Assembly (NCBI GenBank): GCA_963793265.1
Contig: CAWBZI010000004.1
Coordinates: 160,001 to 224,000 of the forward strand
Length of the DNA: 64,000 nucleotides
Reading direction: 5' to 3'
Origin: an uncultured cyanobacterium
Lineage (GTDB): Bacteria; Cyanobacteriota; Cyanobacteriia; Phormidesmidales; Phormidesmidaceae
Shown: in pieces, positions 28,578 through 38,995 of the stretch
Layout: the number at the start of each line of letters is the position of its first letter
How positions within the stretch are numbered: the stretch's first letter is position 1
Position numbers and translations under genes: made by a program
Notes under the pieces: generated by a model
What the model was told of the DNA's origin: nothing
Database searches by the model: none
The model's input: the letters and a program-made list of their open reading frames with translations, nothing else

Positions 28578-31463
28578 CTAAACCTTGAACTGGGTTGTGC
28601 TAGTCTGAAGCGCCTCGGCGGTTTCTAGCACCTGCTGAATAGATCCTGCGAGATGATGAGAACTATCAGAGGTTTGATTGGCAATCTCTGTCGCTTCAGT
28701 CATAGCCCGCGTTACGACCTTAAACTCACTGGCCTGCTGGTGAGTGGTTTGGGTAATATGGCCAATGAGCTGGCTGATCTCTTCAGTGGCTTTGACAATA
28801 GCCGTCAGATTTTGGCGAGCGTCGCTGACGAGCGTTGTTCCGGCTGCGACCTGCTGAATGCCAGTCTCCATTGCCGTCGAGACTTCAGCCGTACCCGTCT
28901 GAATTTCTTGCACAAACTGTTCAATCTCAGTGGCGGCTGCCGCCGACTGTCGGGCGAGCGATCGCACTTCATCGGCGACAACAGCAAATCCTCTGCCATA
29001 CTCTCCGGCCCGCGTTGCCTCAATTGAGGCATTTAGCGCCAGAAGCTGCGTTTGAGTCGTAAAGTGACTGATCAAACTCACGATTTTAGAAACCTTTTGC
29101 GAAGACTCGCTCAGTCGCTTAATGCGCTGGTTAGTTTCAGCGACCGTTGAGCGAATAGCCACAATCCCGTCTACTGTTCGGTTCATCGCACCGTCTCCTT
29201 TCTGCATGGTGCGGCTAGCCTGTCGCGCTGCGGTTTCTACCCGCTGCGCATCTCGGGCCACCGTTTCAGTCGAAACCACCATTTTTTGAATGAGAATTAG
29301 CGCCTGCTCTAGCGCCTGCGCCTGCTGCTGCGCCTGCTGAGTAACCGACTGGGCAGAGGTTTCGCTCAGCCGAGACGTTTCACCCACCTGGTCTGCGGCT
29401 ACCTGCACCTGGCTGACAATTTTTTGCAGGCTTTGTAGGGTGTTGTTGTAGGCACTAGCGACCGTACCGACTTCTGTTTCAGTGACTTGCGCCCGTACGG
29501 TCAGATCGCCTTTTAAGGCGGGGCCAACCGCTTTCAAAAGCTGAATGACCTGCTGCTGGAGTAGCTCTTTAGAGGCTTTTTCGCGGTTAGCTAGCTCTGT
29601 GAGCTTAGTCGTTTTGTCCTGCACCTGCTCTAAATATTCAGCCTGCTGCAGCGCCAGGTTTAGCTGAGCGCCAATGCGGTGTGCAAACTGTACGTCTGCT
29701 TCTGTCCACTCGCGAGGGCCGGTGCATTGATGAATAGCAAACAGACCCCACAGCACGTCGCCTACTAGCAGGGGCACCACAATACTGGCTTTTACCTGTA
29801 GCTCGCCCAGCAGCTCAATAAGACAGTAGCTGACATCTAGTTCGGCGATGTCATTGACAACCCAGTAGCGACCTTTGCGGTAGTTCTCGGCTTGCTCCTC
29901 AGCAAAGCAGTGATCTTGTACCTTAGCAGCCATCGCTGAGCGAACACCGACCGCCACATCTTCAACGACAAACTCACCCACGCTGTAGTTTTTCGTGGCG
30001 TCCATCTGAAACAGCCCTACTCGGTCGGCGGCTAGCAGGTGGCGAATATCTTGCACCGTTGCTCTGAGCGCTCTGGGTAATTCTTTGGTGCTACGCAGTC
30101 GTTCGGCAACTTTCGTAATCAGTTGCTCTCTGGCTACAGCGTCTTCAAGCTGCTGGTTAGTCGCTTGGATTTGGCCCAGATAGTCTGCCTGCTGCATGGC
30201 CAAATCAAGCTGGGCCGCAACCCGCCGCACAAAGGCTATTTCTAAGGCTTGCCACTGACGCGGCTCGGCGCACTGGTGAATACAAAACAGGCCCCATAGC
30301 TGATTGTCTTTCAGCATAGGAACGACAAGATTAGCTTTCACCTGAAACTGATCGAGCAAGTCAACGTAGCACTCAGGAATGCCTGCGTTGTGAACGTCAT
30401 CGATTGTCGAAATCCTGCCCTGCCGGTAGGCTTCAGCCATCGAATTGCTAAAGCAGTGATCTTCAACAACAATTTCTTTGGCTGAGACAAAGGCAGGGTT
30501 GACGCTTTCGGCAACCACTTCGCCCTGGGTATAGCCGCTCTCTGGCAAGAACTGAAAGACGGCGACGCGATCGCTCTTTAAAAAGTTCCTGAGCTTTCTT
30601 GCCGTTGACTCAAACACCTCAGAAAGATTCGAGAGTTCGCGAACGTTTTGAATGACGGTTGCGAGGGTTTCTCCACGGGCAATTTCTTGCTGGCTCTGCT
30701 GTTCTAGCCTGTATGTTTGCTGCCTGAGCGCAATATCTGAGGCGACTTGATGGAGAAAGGCAACTGTTTGCTCATCCCAAGATCTGCTCTTATCACACTG
30801 CTGAACCACGAGCAGTCCCCATGGCTGGCCGACTGTAACAATGGGCAGGCTCAAGCTGGCCTGTACCTGAAAACGCTGTAAAATCTGCATCTGATGAGGA
30901 GAAACAGCCTCCTCGCTAGCATTTGAGAGCGCGATAGGTTGCCCCTGATAGTCACTGGCGTTAGCAGCACCGAAAGCGATCGCATCGAAACTCTCTCCTA
31001 GCGTGGGCGTATAGCCTGCTGTGACAGACTCAGCGATGACGCTACCGGCTGATGGCATTGCGAACTGATAGACAAGAGCGCGATCGCATCGAAACTGCTT
31101 GCGAAGCGCAGAAACTGCAATTTGATAGAGATTTTCTGGCGTAGTCGCCTGATCCATCTGCCCGGCAATATCGAACGTCTCAAAGAGCGATCCTGGCTGC
31201 GTTCTATGCGCAGCAGTCATAGGCTCGTAGGCTGAGGCTGAGGCTATATCTGGTTCGCGTAATGGCTCATCGGATATCTCTTCTGGCAGGTGCGGAGCCT
31301 TTCCACTATCATCACCGCTGTCACCGTCGCCGCTGTCGTCGCTATCTCTCTCTAGAACGCTCGTGGCAATATTTCCATTGAGAGAGTGTTGCGCTAAGTC
31401 ATCAGCATCAACAAGATCGTTTGTAGCGTCGTAATCGTTTGTAGCGTCGTAGTTCATAGTCAT
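28578..31463 (-). CDS. pixJ: GAF-containing methyl-accepting photoreceptor (PixJ-like cyanobacteriochrome)
   Basis: Three GAF domains, two with DHCF; MCP hairpin [31 protein letters not shown]. Confidence 0.88.
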   Translation of the reverse strand: MTMNYDATNDYDATNDLVDADDLAQHSLNGNIATSVLERDSDDSGDGDSGDDSGKAPHLPEEISDEPLREPDIASASAYEPMTAAHRTQPGSLFETFDIAGQMDQATTPENLYQIAVSALRKQFRCDRALVYQFAMPSAGSVIAESVTAGYTPTLGESFDAIAFGAANASDYQGQPIALSNASEEAVSPHQMQILQRFQVQASLSLPIVTVGQPWGLLVVQQCDKSRSWDEQTVAFLHQVASDIALRQQTYRLEQQSQQEIARGETLATVIQNVRELSNLSEVFESTARKLRNFLKSDRVAVFQFLPESGYTQGEVVAESVNPAFVSAKEIVVEDHCFSNSMAEAYRQGRISTIDDVHNAGIPECYVDLLDQFQVKANLVVPMLKDNQLWGLFCIHQCAEPRQWQALEIAFVRRVAAQLDLAMQQADYLGQIQATNQQLEDAVAREQLITKVAERLRSTKELPRALRATVQDIRHLLAADRVGLFQMDATKNYSVGEFVVEDVAVGVRSAMAAKVQDHCFAEEQAENYRKGRYWVVNDIAELDVSYCLIELLGELQVKASIVVPLLVGDVLWGLFAIHQCTGPREWTEADVQFAHRIGAQLNLALQQAEYLEQVQDKTTKLTELANREKASKELLQQQVIQLLKAVGPALKGDLTVRAQVTETEVGTVASAYNNTLQSLQKIVSQVQVAADQVGETSRLSETSAQSVTQQAQQQAQALEQALILIQKMVVSTETVARDAQRVETAARQASRTMQKGDGAMNRTVDGIVAIRSTVAETNQRIKRLSESSQKVSKIVSLISHFTTQTQLLALNASIEATRAGEYGRGFAVVADEVRSLARQSAAAATEIEQFVQEIQTGTAEVSTAMETGIQQVAAGTTLVSDARQNLTAIVKATEEISQLIGHITQTTHQQASEFKVVTRAMTEATEIANQTSDSSHHLAGSIQQVLETAEALQTSTTQFKV

Positions 31464-31554
31464 AGTGAATGTCTAAATACGTTGGGATCGGGAATATAAA
31501 AAAGATAGAAACTTACTATTTTGTTCGCTGCTATCTGCCAGCTTATCTGCCAGC

Positions 31555-32238
31555 TTATTTGTCAGCTAAGGTGCGATCTTGCCGAAGTGACGATTCGAAA
31601 ATAGCGGCAACACTCAGAACCGTTCCTCCCTGCTGGGGGCAATATCCCAGCACAAAAGGCTCCAGGCTAGGCGGACACAAGCCGGTTTCCATATAAATTT
31701 GCTGCTCGTCAAATAAATCAATATCGCCAACCTGTTCTACAACGAGTCCTAACGCGTGACCCGAAAACTGAACCACAATGCTGATAGGCGGCTTCGCAAT
31801 CTGAGAGGGTTGAAATAAGGGCTCGTAGCCAACTAAATGATTGAGATCTACCAGCCAAAGAGTTTCGCCCTCCCATCCACATACGCCCAATACGCAATCA
31901 GGCATATCAGGCACTGGAAAAATATCTTCTAGTGATAGCTGGACAACTTCTGTAATTTGATCGAGTGGTAGTAACGCACTGCTCTTTTGCGAAAGCATAA
32001 ACCGCAGATATTTTTGACGAGTATCTGCTGCAATAGGAGCTAGCCCGAGAGGGTCTAACTGATAATGACCTGGCTGATTGTGATCTAACTGGTTGCTAGA
32101 TAGGCCAAGTGGCAGCATTGCGAAGTCGGCGTCAAGCTTTGTATGTGTCTTTGTCTCAATAGCCTTTGTTTCAATAGTCTTTGTCTTAGTCACAGTCACG
32201 TTCACTCTTTCTTCTGGCTTTTGTCTGTTCTGCTGCAT
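31555..32238 (-). CDS. CheW protein (PixI-like; start uncertain)
   Basis: Motif IFPVPDMPDCVLGVCGWEGETLWLVDL. Confidence 0.88.
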   Translation of the reverse strand: MQQNRQKPEERVNVTVTKTKTIETKAIETKTHTKLDADFAMLPLGLSSNQLDHNQPGHYQLDPLGLAPIAADTRQKYLRFMLSQKSSALLPLDQITEVVQLSLEDIFPVPDMPDCVLGVCGWEGETLWLVDLNHLVGYEPLFQPSQIAKPPISIVVQFSGHALGLVVEQVGDIDLFDEQQIYMETGLCPPSLEPFVLGYCPQQGGTVLSVAAIFESSLRQDRTLADK

Positions 32239-32306
32239 CTGTTCTGCACTCCATCTACTTTTATAGGCGTTTTATAAACGACGACTCTCTATATGCAATG
32301 GGTTTT

Positions 32307-32669
32307 CTAAGTAATAATCTGTGCAACCGTTTGCTCAATTTGCTGCAGGTTAATGGGTTTAGTGATGTAGGCATCTGCACCTAGCATTGAGCCCCACAGC
32401 CGGTCAGCCTCGGTACTCTTAGTTGAACAAATCACAATGGGAATATTCTGAGTGCTCTTATTTGTCTTTAAACTATGACAAAACTCAAAGCCACTTTGTC
32501 CGGGCAAAACAACGTCTAAGAAAACCATGTCTGGATGCCTTTCTTGCAGCATTTGCTGAGCTTCTTCGCTACTTTGGGCGCTCGTGACAATGATGCCTGC
32601 CTGCCTCAAATAGCCAGTTAAAATCTCTCTGTCAATCAGACTATCTTCTACAATTAAGGCAGTTGGCAT
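32307..32669 (-). CDS. Single-domain CheY-like response regulator (PixH/PilH-like)
   Basis: Motifs LIVEDS, FLDVVLP and YITKP. Confidence 0.92.
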   Translation of the reverse strand: MPTALIVEDSLIDREILTGYLRQAGIIVTSAQSSEEAQQMLQERHPDMVFLDVVLPGQSGFEFCHSLKTNKSTQNIPIVICSTKSTEADRLWGSMLGADAYITKPINLQQIEQTVAQIIT

Positions 32670-32761
32670 AGTTACTATCGGTGCTGTGAATGTAGTGTTA
32701 CGAAGCGAAAGAATCTGCTTAGGTTTAATTGCGAACCCCAAACGATGAAGTTTTGGACTCG

Positions 32762-33973
32762 TTAGGTACCTCTTGACAGGTGTTTTTTGACGACTTTTTC
32801 AACCTTCTCTGACCTGATTGGCTTGCCGATAAAACCAGAAGCACCCGCAATCTTTGCTCTGACGCGATCGGCAATACCATCATTACTCGTGACAATAACG
32901 ACTGGCGTATTCTTTAAAGCAGAAACGCGGCGAATTTGAGCGCAAACCTCATAGCCGTTAGCTGTTGGCATGACCAAATCTAAGAAGATTAGCTTGGGTT
33001 TAGACTCGATTAGTGCAGGCAGCGCCTGTATAGGATTAGGAATATTGGTATACCGATAGCCTAAGTCTTTTACAATCTCAGACATTGCTCTGCTGTCTGT
33101 TAGGCTGTCGTCAATGTAGGCAATTCCAGGGGCTTGGCGATATACTTTGGTCGGCAAATTAATCTCACCTGAGCCTACATTTGCCGGTTTGGTCTTCGCA
33201 GCTCCAGTTTCTGATGAGAACGCTAGTAGCTGTCGGGAGACATAGGGTAATATTGACTTTGTAAAAGGGATGAGCGGCACTCGAAACTTAGCAGATAGAT
33301 CCCTGAGCGTATTTTCACCATTTACATGCCCAATCAGAGCTTGAAAGCTTTGGGCTGATACCTGCGTTCTCAAAGCTTCGAGCTGAATGATGGATAGCAC
33401 ATCGTTCGGAGAATATTCAGAGAGATTAGCCTGGTTCCAGTCCTGCCATTCCCGCTGCGCGTACTGCCAGGCTTGCCCATCTTGAAGCATGATTAAAGAT
33501 GGACTAAGACGTTCGCTAGACTGAACTTGGCAAGTAAGCGGACAAGTAGAACGCCCGGATGTTTGCCCATGCTGCGCCGCGCTAGCTTGCAACATATCGA
33601 AGAGATCTTCAGCAATGCAGCTCTTAACAATCTGATAGAACCGATCGCGGCGAAACTGTCCTAGCCTAACTAGGCGAGACAATGCGTCGTAGTTCCATGA
33701 TGCGTAAGGCCGCTCTCCTTTTTGAGCGACTTGACTAAAAAAAATAGGATTATACGCTGCTAGATGCCTTTGCCATCGCCGTCGAGACTGTGCTTTAGAC
33801 TGTGCTTGCGACTGTATCCATGCGATTTGGCCCAGTAAGTATAGAACGTACCACTCATTATCCGAGGCTTCACTACCCTGGCAACTGACCCTTACAGAGC
33901 CCGTAAACCTTTGTTGGTAGCAAGCTTGTATGTTGTCTGCTAAATCAAAAAATGTGGTGCTACTATCAAGCAT
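32762..33973 (-). CDS. PatA-family response regulator (PixG-like)
   Basis: PATAN-like N-terminus plus C-terminal receiver (IDDS, FLDLVMP, KP); first gene of the taxis operon. Confidence 0.88.
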   Translation of the reverse strand: MLDSSTTFFDLADNIQACYQQRFTGSVRVSCQGSEASDNEWYVLYLLGQIAWIQSQAQSKAQSRRRWQRHLAAYNPIFFSQVAQKGERPYASWNYDALSRLVRLGQFRRDRFYQIVKSCIAEDLFDMLQASAAQHGQTSGRSTCPLTCQVQSSERLSPSLIMLQDGQAWQYAQREWQDWNQANLSEYSPNDVLSIIQLEALRTQVSAQSFQALIGHVNGENTLRDLSAKFRVPLIPFTKSILPYVSRQLLAFSSETGAAKTKPANVGSGEINLPTKVYRQAPGIAYIDDSLTDSRAMSEIVKDLGYRYTNIPNPIQALPALIESKPKLIFLDLVMPTANGYEVCAQIRRVSALKNTPVVIVTSNDGIADRVRAKIAGASGFIGKPIRSEKVEKVVKKHLSRGT

Positions 33974-34180
33974 AGACAAACGTTTGTTGGTTCGTAAGAG
34001 CAACCGTGCGGCCTCTTTATTAAGAAACAATTTCTAAGGAACAGTTCTCAATAGAAATAGTTGCAGATGCGCAACACTTCTATGGAGAGTTGTGGAGAGT
34101 CGGTTAAAGATATTGATAGTTAATGGGAAAATACTAATCGGAAGGGGATAGTCGAAAGGTTTTGCAGCGCTGCTGACTAT

Positions 34181-34272
34181 TGAGATTCAACACCTGTGAG
34201 ATTCAACACCTGTGAGATTCAACACCTGTGAGATTCAACACCTGTGAGATTCAACACGTGAGACTTAGCACG
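34181..34272. repeat. 16-bp tandem repeat: four exact copies plus decaying copies
   Basis: TGAGATTCAACACCTG x4, then TGAGATTCAACACG and TGAGACTTAGCACG. Confidence 0.93.
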
Positions 34273-34713
34273 GAGATTCTACGATAGAAATCCGTGCTCC
34301 AAAAATCATTACAACAGAATTCTGTTGCGATAGATGTCAAGAGAGCAGTCTCTAATTACTATGCTCTAAACTCCTATGCTTCAAACTTATTGCAATGGTT
34401 AGTAGATGTATCACCCTATACACCGAAAACAGCAACGCACATTTAAGTAAAATTTTGTGTGATTTAAATCAATTTATAACCTTACTCAGATCACTGCTAC
34501 TGCAAATGTAATGCCTTTCTGCGCTCCCTACTGATAGAAATTGTTCCTTTTATCATAACTTTACATACGGGCGGGATTGTAACCTGCTTCTACGGCACGA
34601 TGCTAAGTAAAAGTACTTATTGCTTCAATCTTGATGTATCTGACAAGGGCTGGGCAATTTCTGGCAGCTTAGGCTTGAAGCTTTCTGTTAAATAAGCCTG
34701 TTAAATAGGCCTG

Positions 34714-35016
34714 CTAAATAAGCGCAGAGTCAGCCGGAGCGATGTGCAGCCCTGCTGTTGCTTGCAAAGCGATCACTCTTTCTTTTAAAGACTGTTCATC
34801 AGTTTGTACGGTTTCTAAGGCTGGGTCAAAAACAATCGTGTACTGAGCTACTGGCATCAACTGACACAATGCTCGAAGATGTTCGTCGGCGTCGTTACGG
34901 CGGCGAAACCTTGCTATTTCCTGGTTTTTCATGCCGGGCAGGTGTTGAACAAGGCACCAAGGCTGGAGCTGCTGTCGGTAAGCCTTGGTCACATTGTTCT
35001 GTTGCTGGGGAGCCAT
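34714..35016 (-). CDS. Conserved small cyanobacterial hypothetical protein
   Basis: Motif YRQQLQPWCLV...IARFRRRNDADEHL...IVFD. Confidence 0.75.
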   Translation of the reverse strand: MAPQQQNNVTKAYRQQLQPWCLVQHLPGMKNQEIARFRRRNDADEHLRALCQLMPVAQYTIVFDPALETVQTDEQSLKERVIALQATAGLHIAPADSALI

Positions 35017-35133
35017 TGTGATTTCCTTATAAATAGGGGCGAGATCTGCCTTCGACAGATTGCCGCCACCTTATCGAGAGAATACTCACAAAATCAGAGC
35101 AGGGTGATATTGACTTTTTGGAACGCATGTGGG

Positions 35134-35436
35134 TCAGTCTTCAGGTTCTTTAGGGCAAAGTACGTTCTTTAGAGTTTCAGGAATTTGATCAAAGTTATCA
35201 AGCAAAAAATCCATAATCGCTAGATGACGGAGATCAGAAGGACTAGGAGAACGATAGCTATGGTCTTTGCTAAACCAGCGACGAACGGTGGAGACAGAGC
35301 GATCGCAAATAGCCGCCATGGCCTCTTGGCTAACCTGCCATTTTGCATAAAAAGCTTGAGGTGTCATGCCGAGCTGACAATAGCTATACCGATCAATTAA
35401 CTGTTGCTCGTGAGCCGTTAGAGGACGAGGATTCAT
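35134..35436 (-). CDS. Helix-turn-helix domain protein
   Basis: MTPQAFYAKWQVSQEAMAAICDRSVSTVRRWF. Confidence 0.8.
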   Translation of the reverse strand: MNPRPLTAHEQQLIDRYSYCQLGMTPQAFYAKWQVSQEAMAAICDRSVSTVRRWFSKDHSYRSPSPSDLRHLAIMDFLLDNFDQIPETLKNVLCPKEPED

Positions 35437-35440
35437 CAAC

Positions 35441-35776
35441 TTATGTTCCCTCAAATGTTTGAAGATCGCTTTCCCAGGCAGTATCGGCTCTCACCCAGGC
35501 GGCACTAGGTGAATTAGTATCTAGCCAGATTAAGTAGCACCATCGCCAGCGGCGACAGTGAGGCGCAAAGCTGTAAAACTTGCCAATGACAGTGCCGTGG
35601 TCAGTGTTTGTGTCGTTTGTTTTCCAGCAGAGGCGATCGCCATACGAAAAGCGGGGTGTTTCAATATCTGGAAAGTCAACGGGCAAGTCTTCGGTGGGGG
35701 GTGGAAGGTGAAGTTTGGCAATAATCGCGATGAGAGCGCTGGTAGTCTTGCTGGGAGGAGATTGTTGCAGAGGCAT
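35441..35776 (-). CDS. Hypothetical protein, DUF1392/SH3-barrel-like
   Basis: PRFSYGDRL...GTVIG...WCYLIWLD...WESDL. Confidence 0.65.
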   Translation of the reverse strand: MPLQQSPPSKTTSALIAIIAKLHLPPPTEDLPVDFPDIETPRFSYGDRLCWKTNDTNTDHGTVIGKFYSFAPHCRRWRWCYLIWLDTNSPSAAWVRADTAWESDLQTFEGT

Positions 35777-36054
35777 TATATTAAGTACTCGGTCGCTTCG
35801 CTGCGATAGTTTTGAGCTGAACTGCTTTTGAGTTAAATGTCTTGGTCAACTCAACCCTATCTACGTCTTATTAGCATGAGTTCTGGACAAGAACAGTGCT
35901 AAACGTCTATAAAAAGAGAGATTTAGATATGCTGACAATAAAAAGTGAATTAGCCTTGCTCTGCAAACAAGCGACCTCAGCCGCTTTCTAAACAGCTATT
36001 GAGCTGGTGCGGTAGCCAGCACTAGGAGCTGCAGACGTATCTTAAGAACAGCGA

Positions 36055-37413
36055 TTAGCGAGCAGTGCGCATTGGTGAAACGATCGCCTTCACCAACAGC
36101 TTAGGACTGAGCAGCTTCGCAGGAGAATCAACCATATGATTAACTTTTGCCAGGCTTACACTCAGCTCGCTATCAGTATGAGAGCGCTCCAATAGCCGCT
36201 GCATGTAGCCGCTCAGCAATCGTCCTATCAAGCTGGCTTTGGGGCGTTCGGCCTCAGGGTCAAAGCCTGAATCAGACTTGGTTGCGATGTTCCAGGCAGG
36301 CAGCGTCTTTTTGGCCAGCGCCTTTTGAAAGGCTAATGAGTTTAGAGGCTTTGATTTGCGATCGCTGCTATCTAGCCAGTCGCGCAGCACAAGAGCCGAT
36401 AGTCCGCTGACAGTTAAACCCTGGCCGTAAGCAGGACACAGCGCACAAACGGCATCGCCAATGGCAATAAAACCATCGGGCATTTGAGAGAGCTGTTCGT
36501 AGTGACGCAGTTTGTTGGCAGTTGAGCGATAGGCTTTGATCTTCGATACTGGCGTTGCCTGGGCGATCGCCTCCCCAAACTCAGCAGCAGGTAGCGCTTT
36601 AGCAAAATCAAGAAACTCTGCCTGATCCAAGCTGGGATAGTGCTTGCAATAGCCGCCCAACGTTGCAATCCACTCGTCACCTTCTATCTGAGCAAGATAT
36701 CCTAAGCGATAATTATCGGGCGGCTTATGGGATACCAACAATACTTTCCAGCGGTCTTTCCAGCCATCGGGAATGCGATATCGTCCGGTGGCATAGCCTA
36801 GCCCTGCATCTACGGTGCTTACGGTTGGTGTGGCGCAGCCGCGATCACTTAGCCACACAGCGGCATTGCTAGAACGCCCGCTCGCATCAATGACTAAATC
36901 AGCGAAAAGCGATCGCGCCTCTTCTGTTCTATTTTGCCGGTACTGAACGCCCGTTATCTTGCTTTCATCGCCTGTTAGAGCTTCTACTCTACAGGGAGAA
37001 AGCCGCTTTATATTCTCAACTTGTTCTACCTGCTGGCGAACTGCATTTTCTAACAAAGGCCGGGTACAAGAAAAAGAGCGTAGTTCTGTTGCTTGCTCTG
37101 AAGTAGCGTTCCAGCCGCCAAAAGCAAAAAAGTGAAAGTCTTGCCCCCAGTCAACCGGGACTGCGCCTGCTGCTAATAGTTCTTTATCGATACTCGGGAA
37201 AAAGTTCTTGAGAACCCGGTAGCCGCCCGTGAGCAAAATGTGCGGCTGAGGAGACTGGGGGACGCCTCTTCGCTCAGCGGCTTTTGTCTCTATGTCATCT
37301 CTTTCAAGAATGATAACTTCTTCAAAAAAAGCGGATAATACCTTTGCGCTGAGCAATCCAGCAATGCTGCCACCAATAACGATGGCGCGTTTTGAGCAGG
37401 GTTGAATAGGCAT
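36055..37413 (-). CDS. FAD-dependent monooxygenase/oxidoreductase
   Basis: Motifs IVIGGSIAG, DLVIDASGR and GDAVCALCPAYGQG. Confidence 0.9.
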   Translation of the reverse strand: MPIQPCSKRAIVIGGSIAGLLSAKVLSAFFEEVIILERDDIETKAAERRGVPQSPQPHILLTGGYRVLKNFFPSIDKELLAAGAVPVDWGQDFHFFAFGGWNATSEQATELRSFSCTRPLLENAVRQQVEQVENIKRLSPCRVEALTGDESKITGVQYRQNRTEEARSLFADLVIDASGRSSNAAVWLSDRGCATPTVSTVDAGLGYATGRYRIPDGWKDRWKVLLVSHKPPDNYRLGYLAQIEGDEWIATLGGYCKHYPSLDQAEFLDFAKALPAAEFGEAIAQATPVSKIKAYRSTANKLRHYEQLSQMPDGFIAIGDAVCALCPAYGQGLTVSGLSALVLRDWLDSSDRKSKPLNSLAFQKALAKKTLPAWNIATKSDSGFDPEAERPKASLIGRLLSGYMQRLLERSHTDSELSVSLAKVNHMVDSPAKLLSPKLLVKAIVSPMRTAR

Positions 37414-37655
37414 TTTCGGGCGATCTTTCGTGGTGGGGCGTTTGATTATGGTAGGCGATCGCTTATTTGCTCGCTATTTTGCCTTTGCTATTTTGGCGTG
37501 TTGCGATCGCCTGAGAGCCTGATGAGTTTATGAGATCAGCCATTCAAAAAAGTTTATATATCATGTACTTTCTATAGTTCGTCTAAAGGTTGATTTCTGA
37601 ACTCAAAATGCCTTTCTAAGATAAAGATTACATAGACGCACAAGAGAAATCAGAT

Positions 37656-38750
37656 ATGGTAAGCACTCATCAAGCCGCCGCAGATACTTCCCCAGATGTT
37701 GAGCTAGAAGGCTCTTTAAATCGAGATAGCATGACGCTCTCGCAGCACGTGCTTCAGCAGCTCGATAGCTATGGCCCCGAAGCGCAAGATCTAAGCGCCA
37801 TCATGAATCGAATCGCGTTCGCTGGAAAGCTCGTCTCCCGCAGGCTCACCCGAGCGGGCTTAGTCGAAGACGCTATGGGCTTTACCGGCAGGCAGAACAT
37901 ACAGGGCGAGTCTGTGAAAAAGATGGACTTGTATGCCAACGATGTTTTTATCTCTGTATTTAAGCAAAGCGGTTTGGTTTGTCGGCTGGTGTCTGAAGAA
38001 ATGGAAGACATCTACTATATGCCTGATAGCTGCTCAACAAGCCGCTATACCCTGCTATACGATCCTATTGATGGATCTTCTAACGTAGACATTAACCTCA
38101 ACGTTGGCTCGATTTTTGCTTTGCGCAGGCAAACAGGCGATGATGCCGACCAAACGGGATCGGATCTGCTGACGCCTGGTCGCGATCAGCTCGCCGCAGG
38201 TTACATCCTCTATGGCCCTAGTACCGTATTTGTTTATTCGCTTGGCAAAGGCGTCCACTCATTCACGCTCGACCCCAGCTTAGGAGAGTTCATCCTTTCT
38301 AGCGAAAACATTCAAATTCCAGAGCACGGCTCTAACTACAGTGCTAACGAAGGCAACTTTTGGCAGTGGGAAGATCCCTATCGTGATTACATTCGCTATA
38401 TGCACCGGCACGAAGGCTATTCAGGGCGCTATAGCGGCGCACTTGTGGGCGACTTCCACCGTATTTTGATGCAGGGCGGTGTGTTTTTGTATCCCGGTAC
38501 GGTTAAAAAGCCAGAAGGCAAGCTGAGATTGCTCTATGAGTCTGCGCCTTTGGCATTTTTAGCTGAGCAGGCCAACGGTAAGGCCACCATTGGCGATCAG
38601 GACGTGATGGACGTGCAGCCCACCCAAATCCACATGAGAACGCCGTTGATTATCGGTAGCTCTGAAGATGTCGATCTGGTGAAATCTTTCCTTCAAGATC
38701 GCAGGCTAGAGAATCCGCCTGCGCCAGTCGGTGCACCTGCTGGCGCATAA
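37656..38750 (+). CDS. fbp: Class 1 fructose-1,6-bisphosphatase
   Basis: Motifs [18 protein letters not shown] and GKLRLLYE. Confidence 0.96.
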   Translation: MVSTHQAAADTSPDVELEGSLNRDSMTLSQHVLQQLDSYGPEAQDLSAIMNRIAFAGKLVSRRLTRAGLVEDAMGFTGRQNIQGESVKKMDLYANDVFISVFKQSGLVCRLVSEEMEDIYYMPDSCSTSRYTLLYDPIDGSSNVDINLNVGSIFALRRQTGDDADQTGSDLLTPGRDQLAAGYILYGPSTVFVYSLGKGVHSFTLDPSLGEFILSSENIQIPEHGSNYSANEGNFWQWEDPYRDYIRYMHRHEGYSGRYSGALVGDFHRILMQGGVFLYPGTVKKPEGKLRLLYESAPLAFLAEQANGKATIGDQDVMDVQPTQIHMRTPLIIGSSEDVDLVKSFLQDRRLENPPAPVGAPAGA

Positions 38751-38995
38751 TGCGATCTAATAGATTTTCATAAGCAGGCGATTATGCAGAAAATTAGGTA
38801 CTACAGATAACAGACAGAAGCTGTGAGATATAGATAGCCTCTGAATCTATCTGCGACTCTCTGCATAAGGCACCTCCACTGCCTACTCAGAATCGAAAGA
38901 ACGTATTAGACTTTGCTCAGCACGTCACCCCATCTAAACGTCACCCCATCTAAAACAGTTATCTAAAAACGTCAAACTATCCCGCCGCTTTGTAT

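Noticed and set aside
34181..34272. Repeat array as CRISPR or plasmid iterons
   Set aside because: The units are head-to-tail with no spacers, and there is no rep gene nearby.
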